Of a DNA stretch of 57,558 nt, positions 8,425 to 21,278 are shown in pieces. The DNA is from a virus (Duplodnaviria > Caudoviricetes). The DNA lies in the IMG/VR virus record IMGVR_UViG_3300035670_009774, positions 1-57,558 of that record; one strand, written 5' to 3'. The notes beneath the pieces were generated by a model, which worked only from the letters and a program-made list of their open reading frames with translations, did no database searches and had not been told where the DNA came from. Each line of letters begins with the position of its first letter. Position 1 is the stretch's first letter. The translations under genes were made by a program, and so were the position numbers.

Positions 8425-8720
8425 ATGAGTTATACTATTATTAAAGATCCGGCTATTGAGCCATTCCACATCTCTAAAGATCAATACTGTTACACAGTAG
8501 TGGAAACCATCACCCCAGATGAAAAGAATTTAGAAGCAGGAAGTGTAGGTAAAAATTATGAAAAGCCTTTAGGTCATTACACTAATTTATCCCATGCACT
8601 TAAAAAAATTGCTAAATCTAAATTAGACCTTAAATCTGAATATTCTACTATTATGGAGTATATTAATGAATGGCAACGCCAACAAGATGAAATGAATAAA
8701 CTATTAGAAAAAATTGGACT

Positions 8721-8724
<4 letters not shown>
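8425..8724 (+). CDS. Hypothetical protein
   Basis: ORF behind promoter, coupled to groES (ATGA overlap). Confidence 0.75.
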
Positions 8725-10626
<1,902 letters not shown>

Positions 10627-10637
10627 ATTTAGTTATT

Positions 10638-10835
10638 ATGAGAGATGCAGTAGGTCTTATAGGGAAAAAAGTTACAATCAAAGAAAAAACTTATATAATT
10701 CATGATATACATTTTCTCCCTCAACCAGCTCAACCATTAAATTATATTTGGTTTGGATTAAAAAATGGAGATGGAATATTAAATTATCCGTATAATGATC
10801 TACTGCCTTATCTTAAAGAACAAATTAAGTTATGA
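10638..10835 (+). CDS. Hypothetical protein
   Basis: ORF track, tight packing. Confidence 0.6.
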   Translation: MRDAVGLIGKKVTIKEKTYIIHDIHFLPQPAQPLNYIWFGLKNGDGILNYPYNDLLPYLKEQIKL

Positions 10836-11092
10836 AAACAGAAATTCAAGAACAATTAGTTGAATTTGCTCAACGTGTTCCTCCTGGAGATCGTTGGGAA
10901 GTAAATGGAGTTAAAGATATCCAAAAAGGATTAACAGAAGCATTAGAAGCTTATTATGAAGTATCTACTGTAAAACCTAAAGCATTTCGTTTAGATTTGG
11001 TTGTTGGAAAACTTTATGGTATATTCTCGACAGAGGTAGAAATTAAAGAACCTGAAATTAAAAAGTATAACATTTATGGGGAGCTCGAGTAA
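10832..11092 (+). CDS. Hypothetical protein
   Basis: ORF track, ATGA coupling. Confidence 0.7.
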   Translation: MKTEIQEQLVEFAQRVPPGDRWEVNGVKDIQKGLTEALEAYYEVSTVKPKAFRLDLVVGKLYGIFSTEVEIKEPEIKKYNIYGELE

Positions 11093-11999
11093 AAAAGCAC
11101 ATACACTTTGGGTTGAAAAATATCGTAGCTCTAATTTAGATTCATATGTTGGAAATGAAAATATTAAAAAAACTATCCAACAGTATCTAGACCAAAATGA
11201 TATTCAAAATTTTATTTTTTATGGTCCTGCTGGAACTGGTAAAACTACTTTAGCTAAACTTATTGTTAATAATCTTGATTGTGATTATCTCTATATTAAT
11301 GCTAGTGATGAAAGAGGTATTGACACTATTAGAGATAAAGTATCAGGATTTGCTTCAGTAGCATCTTTTAAATCACTTAAAGTTGTTATTTTAGATGAAG
11401 CTGATTTTATTACAATTCAAGGTCAAGCAGCACTCCGAAATGTAATTGAAACATATTCTCGTACAACACGTTTTATTTTAACTTGTAATTTTGTTGAACG
11501 TATTATTGATCCTCTTCAATCACGTTGTCAAGTACTTAAAATTGTTCCTCCTTCAAAACAGGATATTGCTAAACATGTTGCCGGAATATTAGAGAAGGAA
11601 GAAGTATCATATACTATGGATGATATTAAAATCCTAGTAAGCCAATTCTATCCCGATGTACGTAAAATGCTTAATACAGCTCAATTATCAAATCAAGAAG
11701 GCGAGCTTAACATTGATAAATCCGTAATTGTATCAAATAGTTATACAACCCAAGTAGTTAAAGAATTATCTAAACCTAAACCGAGTTTTAATGAAATACG
11801 TCAAATTATTGCAAATGCAAATGTCCAAGATTTTGAGGAACTTTATCGTTTCTTGTATGATAATGCTTCTGCATATGCAGCAGGCAGTGAAGGAATGGTG
11901 GCAATCTATATAAATGAATACTCATATCAAGCTAATTTTCGAATAGATAAAGAAATTAATTGTATGGCATTAATAGCTAGATTAATTGAGTTAAAATGA
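11076..11999 (+). CDS. Clamp loader AAA+ subunit (gp44/RFC small subunit-like)
   Basis: LWVEKYR, GPAGTGKTT, INASDERGID, ILDEAD, LQSRC. Confidence 0.93.
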   Translation: MGSSSKKAHTLWVEKYRSSNLDSYVGNENIKKTIQQYLDQNDIQNFIFYGPAGTGKTTLAKLIVNNLDCDYLYINASDERGIDTIRDKVSGFASVASFKSLKVVILDEADFITIQGQAALRNVIETYSRTTRFILTCNFVERIIDPLQSRCQVLKIVPPSKQDIAKHVAGILEKEEVSYTMDDIKILVSQFYPDVRKMLNTAQLSNQEGELNIDKSVIVSNSYTTQVVKELSKPKPSFNEIRQIIANANVQDFEELYRFLYDNASAYAAGSEGMVAIYINEYSYQANFRIDKEINCMALIARLIELK

Positions 12000-12199
12000 A
12001 ATATTTTATAAAATACACATTATCTTGGGTTTCACAGAATTTATCGGTACCATTTTGGATGGTGGGACATATACACTTAATGACCACTATATACGCAGAT
12101 ATACATGAGATACTAATGTCGTTAGGAATGAATATAATAGTCGCGGCTGGATTTATCCATGACTTTATAGAATATAGAAAAGAAAAATTAAATAAATAA
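11996..12199 (+). CDS. Small membrane protein
   Basis: Two hydrophobic stretches. Confidence 0.6.
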   Translation: MKYFIKYTLSWVSQNLSVPFWMVGHIHLMTTIYADIHEILMSLGMNIIVAAGFIHDFIEYRKEKLNK

Positions 12200-12201
12200 A
12201 C

Positions 12202-12447
12202 ATGAACCAAAAACCACAACTCAATGTCAATATTGACATTAAAAACACACAAGCAATTACATCATCTGATGGTAATCAAGTATTCCAAGAGGGAGTAATT
12301 TTACGTAAAGTATCTAAATTTGTAACAGGTACCCAAGAAGATGGAATTATTCCAGTTCCATGTTTTTTTGATGTAAAAACAGGTAAAGTATTAGTAGAAT
12401 TATTGCCTAAAGAATTAAGAGCAGAATTCGAAGATGACGCTATTTGA
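12202..12447 (+). CDS. Hypothetical protein
   Basis: ORF track. Confidence 0.7.
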   Translation: MNQKPQLNVNIDIKNTQAITSSDGNQVFQEGVILRKVSKFVTGTQEDGIIPVPCFFDVKTGKVLVELLPKELRAEFEDDAI

Positions 12448-12856
12448 TTGGCTAAATGAATTAACCTTTAATAAAAGGGAATGGTCATCTTTTTCAGAAG
12501 ATCAGCGAGAATCGTTCAATTCTTACATGATTCATAGATATGTATCGATGTATATAGGTTATGTAGAAATTGCAAATGTTGCACAAAAACTCCCGCTTAC
12601 TGAAAAAGAAAAAATTTATAACATTTATAAGACCATGTTACCAAAGAAAAAAATGTTCCTCAAGTATGTAAAAAAACAAAATAAAAACACATACGAAGAT
12701 TTATTACAATATGTAGCAGATTACTATCAATGTAGTCTTGGAGAAGCTGAAGAGTATATTGATATTATACGTGAATCCGGAGTAAGAGGAATCCTTTGGG
12801 AAATGGGAATTAATGAAAAAGAAACAGACAAGTTAATTAAAAAAGCAAAGTTATGA
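12434..12856 (+). CDS. Probable clamp loader small subunit (gp62-like)
   Basis: LFDWLN...FNSYMIHRYVSM...FLKYVKK...SLGEAEEY; near the gp44-like gene. Confidence 0.7.
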   Translation: MTLFDWLNELTFNKREWSSFSEDQRESFNSYMIHRYVSMYIGYVEIANVAQKLPLTEKEKIYNIYKTMLPKKKMFLKYVKKQNKNTYEDLLQYVADYYQCSLGEAEEYIDIIRESGVRGILWEMGINEKETDKLIKKAKL

Positions 12857-13080
12857 GTATGAGAAATACAATTTTATCAGCAGTATATAAACATGCCGAA
12901 GGGCATATTGCTAAACATAGAGCTAATATTGAAGTTTACCTCCACCAACCAGTTGGAATTGGAGAACATTCAGATATTGTAGAGGCAATTGAAATTGAAC
13001 TTAAAGCGATTGCTGAGTATCAAGATCAAATTGAGATTTTAAACAATTATTTTCCATTAGAAAAAGAAATACTTATTTAA
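12853..13080 (+). CDS. Hypothetical phage protein
   Basis: ORF track, coupled. Confidence 0.7.
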   Translation: MSMRNTILSAVYKHAEGHIAKHRANIEVYLHQPVGIGEHSDIVEAIEIELKAIAEYQDQIEILNNYFPLEKEILI

Positions 13081-13083
13081 GTT

Positions 13084-13458
13084 ATGATTACTGAAAATGG
13101 TTATGATCCTTCGGGAGCTCAGAGAGCAATTTCTGATTTTGAAAAAACTTATCCTTCACTTGCTGAAGCATTTAAAGAAAATCAACAAGAACAATACGAA
13201 TTATTTGCTCGTAAAATGATGGATTATGGTCTTAATAATATTTCTTTAGGGTCTACACTTGATGATCCTGAAGATATTAATCTTTCATTGACTGGTATTT
13301 GGCTGCGTTGTAACGACAAGATAAATCGCTTAAAAAACATGTTAAAACGTAAAGGACGTAACTACGTTCAAGACGAACCGATGATTGATAGTTTTATCGA
13401 TATTTCTAATTATGGTATTATTGCCCAATTAGTGATGAAGGGTAAATGGAAAAAATAA
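13084..13458 (+). CDS. DUF1599-like all-alpha (nucleotide-modification-associated) protein
   Basis: KMMDYG..NI, RCNDKINRLKN, DEPMIDSFIDISNYGIIA. Confidence 0.7.
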   Translation: MITENGYDPSGAQRAISDFEKTYPSLAEAFKENQQEQYELFARKMMDYGLNNISLGSTLDDPEDINLSLTGIWLRCNDKINRLKNMLKRKGRNYVQDEPMIDSFIDISNYGIIAQLVMKGKWKK

Positions 13459-13462
13459 ATCT

Positions 13463-14122
13463 ATGTTTAAATGGACCCACACCCCAGAATGGTTTAAATC
13501 TGTAGTTGAAGAAGAAATTTTTCAAAATAAAATCTATGAAAAATTATTTACTGTAGATGAAAATGATATAGTTTTAGATATAGGAGCTAGTGTAGGTCCT
13601 TTTACATATTCTATTCTTCCTAAAAATCCTAAACATGTTATTTGTGTTGAACCTAGTCCTAGCCAATTTTATACATTAGTAGAAAATACTCAACACGGAA
13701 ATGTTACTTGTTTAAATAAATCTATTACATATACCAATGAAAAAATATTCACAGATACTGTTTATGGATCTGAAGGAGTATTAACTGAAAGTTATGGGAT
13801 ATCATTCATTCAATTAATTAATCAATATAATTTAGATAAGATTGATTTTCTTAAAACAGATTGTGAAAGTGGAGAATATGCTATTTTTACTTCTGAAAAT
13901 CTAGTTTGGATAAAACAAAATGTTAAAAAAATAGTAGGTGAATGGCATTTAGGTAATCCTGAATTGAAGCAAAAATTTAGAGAATTTAGAGATACATATT
14001 TAAGAATATTTCCTAATCATCAAATATTTTCAACAGATGGTCATAGTATTAATTGGGATTTATGGAATGAACATTTTATTGAGTATTATAATGAAGTTAT
14101 AATTTATATAGATAATAGATAA
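13463..14122 (+). CDS. FkbM-family methyltransferase
   Basis: VLDIGASVG, CVEP, IDFLKTDCESGEY, EWH. Confidence 0.85.
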   Translation: MFKWTHTPEWFKSVVEEEIFQNKIYEKLFTVDENDIVLDIGASVGPFTYSILPKNPKHVICVEPSPSQFYTLVENTQHGNVTCLNKSITYTNEKIFTDTVYGSEGVLTESYGISFIQLINQYNLDKIDFLKTDCESGEYAIFTSENLVWIKQNVKKIVGEWHLGNPELKQKFREFRDTYLRIFPNHQIFSTDGHSINWDLWNEHFIEYYNEVIIYIDNR

Positions 14123-14835
14123 TGGAAAAATTAATTTCTGTATTAATTCCTAGTAGAAATAGACCTCAAGGTTTAAGAGAATTATGTGATTCTTTATTTA
14201 ATAATGCTAATAATCCTAATCAAATAGAAGTTATAGTTTACTTTGATTTAGATGATTCTTATATTCCTGAATATGTTGAATATTTTAATGAATTAACACT
14301 TAAATATACTAATCCTGTAAAAACTATAATAGGTCCTAAATTAGTTTTAAGTGATTATCCTAATAAACTTCTTCAAATAGCATCTTCTGATATTTTTATG
14401 AATTTAGGAGATGATATGAGGTGTAGAGCTAAAGGATGGGATGAGATTATAATAGAGGCTATAAATGAATATCCTGATAAGATTAATTTTGTTTATGTTG
14501 ACGATGGATACTGGGGACCTAATCTAGCTAGTCACCATATTATTCATAGAAATTATGTTGAATGTTTAGGTTACTTTTACCCTCCATTTTTTGATTTTGG
14601 CTACTCAGATGCATGGATGTTTCAAGTAGCTCAAAAAGTAGGAAGAATTAAATTTTTACCAATATTATTTGAACATATGCATTATAGTATAGGTAAAGGA
14701 AATTTTGATCAAACCTACCAAGATAAATTGGAAAAAAATCAAAATAATATTTATGGAGATTTATTTGTTTCAACAGAATATTTACGAGATCAAGATGTAA
14801 AAAAATTACAAAGTTATATAAAAAGTTTTGTCTAA
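14122..14835 (+). CDS. Glycosyltransferase family 2
   Basis: ISVLIPSRNRP, DLDD, NLGDD, YSD, EHMH. Confidence 0.8.
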   Translation: MEKLISVLIPSRNRPQGLRELCDSLFNNANNPNQIEVIVYFDLDDSYIPEYVEYFNELTLKYTNPVKTIIGPKLVLSDYPNKLLQIASSDIFMNLGDDMRCRAKGWDEIIIEAINEYPDKINFVYVDDGYWGPNLASHHIIHRNYVECLGYFYPPFFDFGYSDAWMFQVAQKVGRIKFLPILFEHMHYSIGKGNFDQTYQDKLEKNQNNIYGDLFVSTEYLRDQDVKKLQSYIKSFV

Positions 14836-15772
14836 AAAGAAAAAAATACCTCAAATTCTTAAACAAATTAAGAATCAACCATTAAGAGAAATGAATTATG
14901 CTTTTGAAAAAGCAATTTCATATAGCCAATTTTCTGTTTACCAAAATTGTCCCCGTAAATGGTCTTTACAGTATAAAGATGGTCATTATACTAGCGAATC
15001 ATCCATTCATATGACTTTTGGAACAGCATTACATGAAACTTTACAACATTATTTAACAACTATATATGAAGTTAGTGGTGCGGCTGCTGATAGAATTAAT
15101 TTAAAAGAATATTTTGAAGAACGTTTTCGAGAAACTTATTTAAAAGACTACAAATCCAATAATAATATCCATTTTAGCAACTCAGTTGAAATGAATGAAT
15201 TTTTTGAAGATGGAATTGCTATTTTAGAATTTGTAAAGAAAAAACGAGGTAGTTATTTTAGTAAAAAAGGATGGCATTTAGTAGGATGTGAAGTTCCTCT
15301 TATGGTTACTCCAAATCCCCAATATCCTAATATTTTATATAAAGGTTATTTAGATGTTGTTTTATATAATGAAACACTAAATAAATTTAAAATTTTAGAT
15401 ATTAAAACATCTACTAGAGGTTGGGGTGATCGAGAAAAAAAAGATGAATTAAAACAATTTCAACTTATTCTTTATAAAAAATATTATGGACAACAATACA
15501 ATATCCCTACAGATAATATTGATGTAGAATTTTTTATTGTAAAACGTAAAGTATGGGAGAATAGTGATTTTCCTATTTCACGAATCCAAGAATTTATACC
15601 AGCAAGTGGTAAAGTCAAATTAAATAGAGCAGTTACATCCGTAAACAATTTTATTGAAGAAGCATTTAACACAGATGGTTCTCACAAATCAGGAAGTTAT
15701 CAACCAAATCCATCTGCTCATAATTGTAGATTTTGTCCTTTTAAGGATAATAAAGAACTTTGTAATAAATAA
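14828..15772 (+). CDS. PD-(D/E)XK nuclease (Cas4/RecB-like)
   Basis: SYSQ...CP, FGTALHE, GYLDVV, LDIKT, QLILY, CRFCPF...C. Confidence 0.85.
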   Translation: MSKKKKIPQILKQIKNQPLREMNYAFEKAISYSQFSVYQNCPRKWSLQYKDGHYTSESSIHMTFGTALHETLQHYLTTIYEVSGAAADRINLKEYFEERFRETYLKDYKSNNNIHFSNSVEMNEFFEDGIAILEFVKKKRGSYFSKKGWHLVGCEVPLMVTPNPQYPNILYKGYLDVVLYNETLNKFKILDIKTSTRGWGDREKKDELKQFQLILYKKYYGQQYNIPTDNIDVEFFIVKRKVWENSDFPISRIQEFIPASGKVKLNRAVTSVNNFIEEAFNTDGSHKSGSYQPNPSAHNCRFCPFKDNKELCNK

Positions 15773-15782
15773 ATATTAAAAT

Positions 15783-16787
15783 ATGAATTCACACGAAGTA
15801 ATGCTCATAACAGCCCATACCCCAGATGAATATAGAATGGGTTTACTTAGAAATTTAGTAATAAAACTTAAAGAAAATAATAAAAAAATAGTAATTTCAT
15901 CCCATAGTAAAATAGATGATGATATTATTGATATGGTTGATTATTTTGTTTATGATTCTAATAATCAACTTTTAATATATAATGAACCTGAAGGATGGAT
16001 TAAAACAACAGCAACTATTCAATCTCAAACTATAGTTACTAAAGATTCCCTTTATTTAGGAAGTCCTGTTTTAGCTCATTGGAGAACTTTGAGTAATGGG
16101 TTAATGCTTTGTAAAAGTGTTGGTTTTAAATATGTTCATTATTTAGAATTTGATACTGAAGTTAAAAGTATTGTAGAAATAGATACTAATACAAAACTTC
16201 TTCAACAAGGAAATGCTAATGTAGTTTATACATTTCCTGAGGATATAGAAAATCCAAAAAAATATTTTAATTTAGAAGGGCATTATAATGTTTGGAATTT
16301 AGATTATTATTCATTTGAAGAACTTTCTTTTGATGAAAAAAAATCTCGTTGTATTCTCCAAGATAATCAAGGATGTTGTGAATGGGCTTATTATGATTTT
16401 TTTATAAAAAATAAACCTCATATAATAAAAAATCAATATATTCTTAATGATAAAGGTATAATTTTAGATTTACACCATAATACATGGAATTTATTATCTT
16501 CTAGAGGATTAATAGAACCTATACTATATGTAGAAAATAATATTATTTATGCTTATATTAATAATCCCTTTGATAAAGAATATCTTTTAACTTTAATAAT
16601 TAACAACGAAGAAGAAATCCACCAAACCTCAGAACCAGAACATTGGTTACGTTTTCCTATAGGTGATCTCCAGAATATAAATAATCTTAGAATTTATTTA
16701 AACGGAAACTTTTTAAGAGAAATAATTTTTGAAGATGATACTCAAAAAGAAACTTTTAAAAATAATAATTATATTTTAGTATTTTAA
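15783..16787 (+). CDS. Hypothetical protein, possibly GT-A-fold
   Basis: ITAH, ISSH, YLEFD motif; glycan-island context. Confidence 0.65.
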   Translation: MNSHEVMLITAHTPDEYRMGLLRNLVIKLKENNKKIVISSHSKIDDDIIDMVDYFVYDSNNQLLIYNEPEGWIKTTATIQSQTIVTKDSLYLGSPVLAHWRTLSNGLMLCKSVGFKYVHYLEFDTEVKSIVEIDTNTKLLQQGNANVVYTFPEDIENPKKYFNLEGHYNVWNLDYYSFEELSFDEKKSRCILQDNQGCCEWAYYDFFIKNKPHIIKNQYILNDKGIILDLHHNTWNLLSSRGLIEPILYVENNIIYAYINNPFDKEYLLTLIINNEEEIHQTSEPEHWLRFPIGDLQNINNLRIYLNGNFLREIIFEDDTQKETFKNNNYILVF

Positions 16788-16832
16788 AAGAATCCTAATA
16801 TATTTATATACAACAATTAAAAAATAAAATTT

Positions 16833-17024
16833 ATGAGTAAAAAAGAAATGACTCTCACTTCTGTAAAAGTGCAGAGTGAGTTATTTGAAGAATTCAAAAT
16901 TTCGTGTGTAAAATATAAATTTTCACTACAAAAGCTTGCTGATCGTACAATTCATTTGTATCTTACCGATGAAGAATTTAGAAAAAAAGTACATAATCAC
17001 ACAAATTTAGAAATCAACGGTTAA
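16833..17024 (+). CDS. Small ribbon-helix-helix-like DNA-binding protein
   Basis: LTSVKV strand followed by two predicted helices. Confidence 0.6.
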   Translation: MSKKEMTLTSVKVQSELFEEFKISCVKYKFSLQKLADRTIHLYLTDEEFRKKVHNHTNLEING

Positions 17025-17046
17025 AAATTAAATTAAATAAAGTTAC

Positions 17047-18489
17047 ATGAATAATAGTTTTGAATACCTGCCCCCAGAGCAGAGGAAAAAAATCTTACTA
17101 ATTTGCGATGACATTCGAGTCCACTCAGGAGTAGCAACTGTTGGTAGAGAAGTAGTAATTAATACTGCTCATCATTTTAATTGGGTAAACATTGCTGGGT
17201 CTCTTAACCACCCTGAAATAGGAAAACGTCTTGATCTTTCAAAATCAACAGATGAATCTGCAAATTTAACAGATTCCTCAGTTATCTTATACCCAGCAAA
17301 TGATTATGGTGGACCTGATATGCTCCGTCAAATTATTGAATTGGAAAAACCAGATGCTATCATGTTGATTACTGATCCTCGTTATTTCTTTTGGTTATTT
17401 TCTATGGAAAATGAAATTAGAAAAAATATTCCTATTACTTATTTAAATATTTGGGATGATTATCCGGCTCCACTTTATAATAAACCTTATTATGAAGCTT
17501 GTGATCTATTAATGGGTATTTCAAAACAAACAGTAAATATTAATAATATTGTTTTAGGTGAAAAAGCAAAAAACAAAATTGTTCGTTATGTTCCCCATGG
17601 CCTGAATGAAAAACTTATGCATCCTATTACTTCTGAGGATCCAAGTTGGGAAAATTTACAAACATTTAAAAAACAATTTTTCGAAGGAAAAGAATATGAT
17701 TTTGTTTTATTCTTCAACTCTAGAAATATTCGTCGTAAACAAATTCCTGATACCATGTTGGCTTATAAGTTTTTTATAGATCAACTTCCTGAAGAAAAAG
17801 CAAAGAAATGTTGTTTTGTACTTCATACTGAATTAGTAAGTGATCATGGAACTGATTTAGCGGCTGTACAAGAATTATTTTTAAATGAAGAAAAATATAA
17901 TGTTATTATTACAAATAGAATTTTTAACAACTATGAAATGAGTTTGTTATATAACATTACCGATGCTCAAATTCTTTTAACATCTAATGAAGGTTGGGGT
18001 TTAAGTTTAACAGAAGCTATCCTAACAGGTAATCCTATTATTGCTAATGTAACCGGAGGAATGCAAGACCAAATGAGATTTGAAGATGAAAATGGAAATT
18101 GGTTTACTCCTACTTTAGAAATTCCCTCTAATCATAACGGCACCTATAAAAAACATGGTGAATGGGCTTTCCCAGTATACCCAACAAATCGTTCAATTCA
18201 AGGTTCACCTCTAACACCTTATATTTGGGATGACAGATGTCGTCCTGAAGATGCTGCTGAGCAAATTATGGCTATTTATTCTTTATCTAAAGAAGAACGT
18301 AAAGCTAGAGGTTTAAAAGGTAGAGAATGGGCTTTAGGAGAAGCTGGATTTACTGGAAAAATTCAAGGTGAAAGAATTATAGAAGCATTTAAGGAATTAT
18401 TTAAAACTTGGAAACCAAGAGAAAAATATGAACTTATTAATGTAAATGAAGTTAAAGATAGAGTAAACACACATAAATTGTTATATTAA
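17047..18489 (+). CDS. Glycosyltransferase family 4
   Basis: SGVATV, VPHG, RNIRRKQ, SNEGWGLSLTEA, NVTGG. Confidence 0.9.
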   Translation: MNNSFEYLPPEQRKKILLICDDIRVHSGVATVGREVVINTAHHFNWVNIAGSLNHPEIGKRLDLSKSTDESANLTDSSVILYPANDYGGPDMLRQIIELEKPDAIMLITDPRYFFWLFSMENEIRKNIPITYLNIWDDYPAPLYNKPYYEACDLLMGISKQTVNINNIVLGEKAKNKIVRYVPHGLNEKLMHPITSEDPSWENLQTFKKQFFEGKEYDFVLFFNSRNIRRKQIPDTMLAYKFFIDQLPEEKAKKCCFVLHTELVSDHGTDLAAVQELFLNEEKYNVIITNRIFNNYEMSLLYNITDAQILLTSNEGWGLSLTEAILTGNPIIANVTGGMQDQMRFEDENGNWFTPTLEIPSNHNGTYKKHGEWAFPVYPTNRSIQGSPLTPYIWDDRCRPEDAAEQIMAIYSLSKEERKARGLKGREWALGEAGFTGKIQGERIIEAFKELFKTWKPREKYELINVNEVKDRVNTHKLLY

Positions 18490-19793
18490 TGAAACCATTA
18501 TTTATTATAAGTTCCCCTTTTGATACCTACTCAGGCTATGGAGCTCGTTCTCGAGACGTTATTAAATCTATTGTTCAATCGGGTAAATACAACGTACGTT
18601 TATTATCTCAAAGATGGGGAAACACACCCTTTGGATTTTGTAAAGATAATCCTGAATGGAAATTTTTATATGATTTAGTACTTCCTAATAATCAAATCCC
18701 AAAACAACCAGAAATTTGGGCTCAAATAACTATTCCTAGTGAATTTCATCCTGTTGGAAAATATAACATTGGATTTACAGCAGGAATTGAATCTACCATT
18801 TGTCCAGGTGATTGGGTAGAAGGATGTAATAGAATGGATTTAAATATTGTATCATCAGAACATTCTAAAAAAGTATTCCAAGAATCTCAATTTGAAAAGA
18901 GAAATAAACAAACCAATGCTTTAGAAGGTATAATAAAACTAGAAAAACCTATTGAAGTATTATTTGAAGGAGCAAATACTGAGGTTTATAAAGTAATAGA
19001 ACGTAATGAAATTAAAAATATTAATTTAAATTCCATTAAAGAAGATTTTGCATATCTGTTTGTAGGGCATTGGATGCAAGGTGAATTAGGTGAAGATCGA
19101 AAAAATGTAGGATTATTGGTTAAAGCATTTTACGAAACCTTTAAAAACAAAACTAAAAAACCAGCATTAATTCTTAAAACTTCTCAAGTAGGTTCTTCTT
19201 ATTCTGATAGAGAAGAAATTCTTAAAAAACTTAAAATTATTAGAAAATCAGTTAATTCTAAAAACTTACCAAATGTTTATTTATTACATGGTGAATTTAC
19301 TGATACTGAAATGAATGAAATTTATAATCATTCAAAAGTAAAAGCTATGGTTAGTTTAACTAAAGGTGAAGGTTTTGGCCGTCCTTTACTTGAATTCACC
19401 TTATCTAAAAAACCATTAATTACTACAGGATGGTCTGGGCAAATGGATTTTTTAAATCCTGAATTTACTAATTTAATTGGGGGTCAATTATCTAATGTTC
19501 ATCCAAGTGCTGCCAACCAATGGTTACTAGCAGATTCACAATGGTTTACTCCAGATAATGGACAGATAGGTTTTTATTTAAAAGATGTTTTTGAAAATTA
19601 TAAAAATTATATTGATAAAGCAAAACGTCAAGCTTATAAAAGCAAAAATGAATTTAGTTGGGAAAGAATGCAAGAAAAACTTAATACTCTTTTAACTCAA
19701 TCTCTTCCTAATTTCCCTGAAGAAATTGAATTAAAACTTCCTACTATTAAAAAGATTAATTTACCTAAAAAAGTTGAAATAAAAAATGGATAA
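18489..19793 (+). CDS. Glycosyltransferase family 4
   Basis: SGYG, RKN, KGEGFGRPLLEF, TGWSG. Confidence 0.9.
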   Translation: MKPLFIISSPFDTYSGYGARSRDVIKSIVQSGKYNVRLLSQRWGNTPFGFCKDNPEWKFLYDLVLPNNQIPKQPEIWAQITIPSEFHPVGKYNIGFTAGIESTICPGDWVEGCNRMDLNIVSSEHSKKVFQESQFEKRNKQTNALEGIIKLEKPIEVLFEGANTEVYKVIERNEIKNINLNSIKEDFAYLFVGHWMQGELGEDRKNVGLLVKAFYETFKNKTKKPALILKTSQVGSSYSDREEILKKLKIIRKSVNSKNLPNVYLLHGEFTDTEMNEIYNHSKVKAMVSLTKGEGFGRPLLEFTLSKKPLITTGWSGQMDFLNPEFTNLIGGQLSNVHPSAANQWLLADSQWFTPDNGQIGFYLKDVFENYKNYIDKAKRQAYKSKNEFSWERMQEKLNTLLTQSLPNFPEEIELKLPTIKKINLPKKVEIKNG

Positions 19794-20241
19794 TCTAATT
19801 AATTGCTCCCGTTGTGGTTCAGATGCGTGTTACGTAGAAGAAGTGAACCAAGATATTAAAACATATTTTTGTTACGGATGTGGGTTTCAAACTAATTCTT
19901 TAATGAAAGAAGGTGAAACTTTTTATGAAGAACAGATAAATATTTTACCTGAACTTTATAAAGATTTAGTTAATAAAGATGAAAACGGAATTATGTGGAT
20001 GCCTTCTACTGTTAATTTACCTCAACAAGGAATGATATTTGCTAATGGTCCTTCTAAAACGGATTGGGGTTGGGCCGCAGTAAAAGCAGTACCTGTTTTA
20101 GAGGAAGAAAAAGAAAAATACCCTATTCCTGGCAAAAATGGAGAATTTTACGAGTGGAGAATGGATATGACTACACTTCAAATGTTTCCTGAGCGTGATT
20201 TTATAGAAGCACTTTCGTATATTGGAGTATTACCTGAATAG
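19786..20241 (+). CDS. Zinc-ribbon protein
   Basis: CSRCGSDAC...CYGCG. Confidence 0.7.
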   Translation: MDNLINCSRCGSDACYVEEVNQDIKTYFCYGCGFQTNSLMKEGETFYEEQINILPELYKDLVNKDENGIMWMPSTVNLPQQGMIFANGPSKTDWGWAAVKAVPVLEEEKEKYPIPGKNGEFYEWRMDMTTLQMFPERDFIEALSYIGVLPE

Positions 20242-20247
20242 TATTTT

Positions 20248-20877
20248 ATGAAAATCAGTTATGCAATCACAGTGTGTAATGAGTTTGTTGAAATTCAACG
20301 ACTCATTACATTTTTGTTAAAAAATAAAAGATCACAAGATGAAATAGTAGTTTTAGTTGATATGACTAAAAATGAACCAACATCTGAGCTATTAGGATAT
20401 TTACATAGATTAAGTAGTAGTAATTATATCCTCTTATCCGAACAAAAATTTAATGGCCATTTTGCTGATTGGAAAAATTATTTAACTAGTTTATGTAGTG
20501 GTAATTATATTTTTCAAATAGATGCTGATGAAATCCCCCATGAAAATTTAATAAATTCCCTCCCAGAATTATTAGAAGAAAATTCAATAATTGATATGCT
20601 TCGAGTTCCACGAGTAAATACAGTTGAAGGTTTAACAGAAGAACATATAAAAAAATGGGGTTGGAATGTAAATGAAAAAGGTTGGGTAAACTGGGCAGAT
20701 TGGCAAATGCGAATCTATAAAAATACTCCTGAAATTAAGTGGATAAATAAAGTTCATGAAGTATTAGATGGATTTAAAACACATGGAATGCTTCCGGTAG
20801 ATGAAGAATGGGCTTTATATCATCCAAAAACAATAGAAAAACAAGAAAAACAAAACAATTATTACGATACGTTATGA
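20248..20877 (+). CDS. Glycosyltransferase family 2
   Basis: ISYAITVCNE, QIDADE, DWQMR, VHE. Confidence 0.88.
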   Translation: MKISYAITVCNEFVEIQRLITFLLKNKRSQDEIVVLVDMTKNEPTSELLGYLHRLSSSNYILLSEQKFNGHFADWKNYLTSLCSGNYIFQIDADEIPHENLINSLPELLEENSIIDMLRVPRVNTVEGLTEEHIKKWGWNVNEKGWVNWADWQMRIYKNTPEIKWINKVHEVLDGFKTHGMLPVDEEWALYHPKTIEKQEKQNNYYDTL

Positions 20878-21278
20878 GTGAAAGAAAATATTTACCTACA
20901 CTAAGTGAATTGATTGATCGTTTATCAATCACCCAATTAAAAGAAGTATTCATTACTGATCACAAATCAGAATATGCTGCTGAAATTGCTGATATTGTTC
21001 ATGATATCCAATTACATTTAAATGAATGTAAAGAACCAATTACTGCTGAAACTATTAGAGCAATTGTAGTTTTATCCCAAATGAATCTTCATATTTGGCA
21101 CAATGAATCAAATGTTAGAAGTGGAAAATCAGGACCAAATGCATTAGCATTAACTCATGGATTAAATGGTATTCGTAATACTGCTAAAAACCAGATCCAA
21201 GAAATAATGGGGGGTCGTAAAGATTATAAAATTGATTGTTTAGCAGCAGATTTTAAAGATTGGGAAATATCATGGTAA
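20874..21278 (+). CDS. Hypothetical helical protein of glycan clusters
   Basis: TLSELIDRLSITQLKE...N..IWH.E...LNGIRN; start moved to the coupled ATG at 20874. Confidence 0.7.
   Translation: MSERKYLPTLSELIDRLSITQLKEVFITDHKSEYAAEIADIVHDIQLHLNECKEPITAETIRAIVVLSQMNLHIWHNESNVRSGKSGPNALALTHGLNGIRNTAKNQIQEIMGGRKDYKIDCLAADFKDWEISW

Noticed and set aside
14828-15772. Cas4-like gene as a sign of CRISPR-Cas
   Set aside because: No repeat-spacer array or other cas genes; solo PD-(D/E)XK nucleases are common in phages
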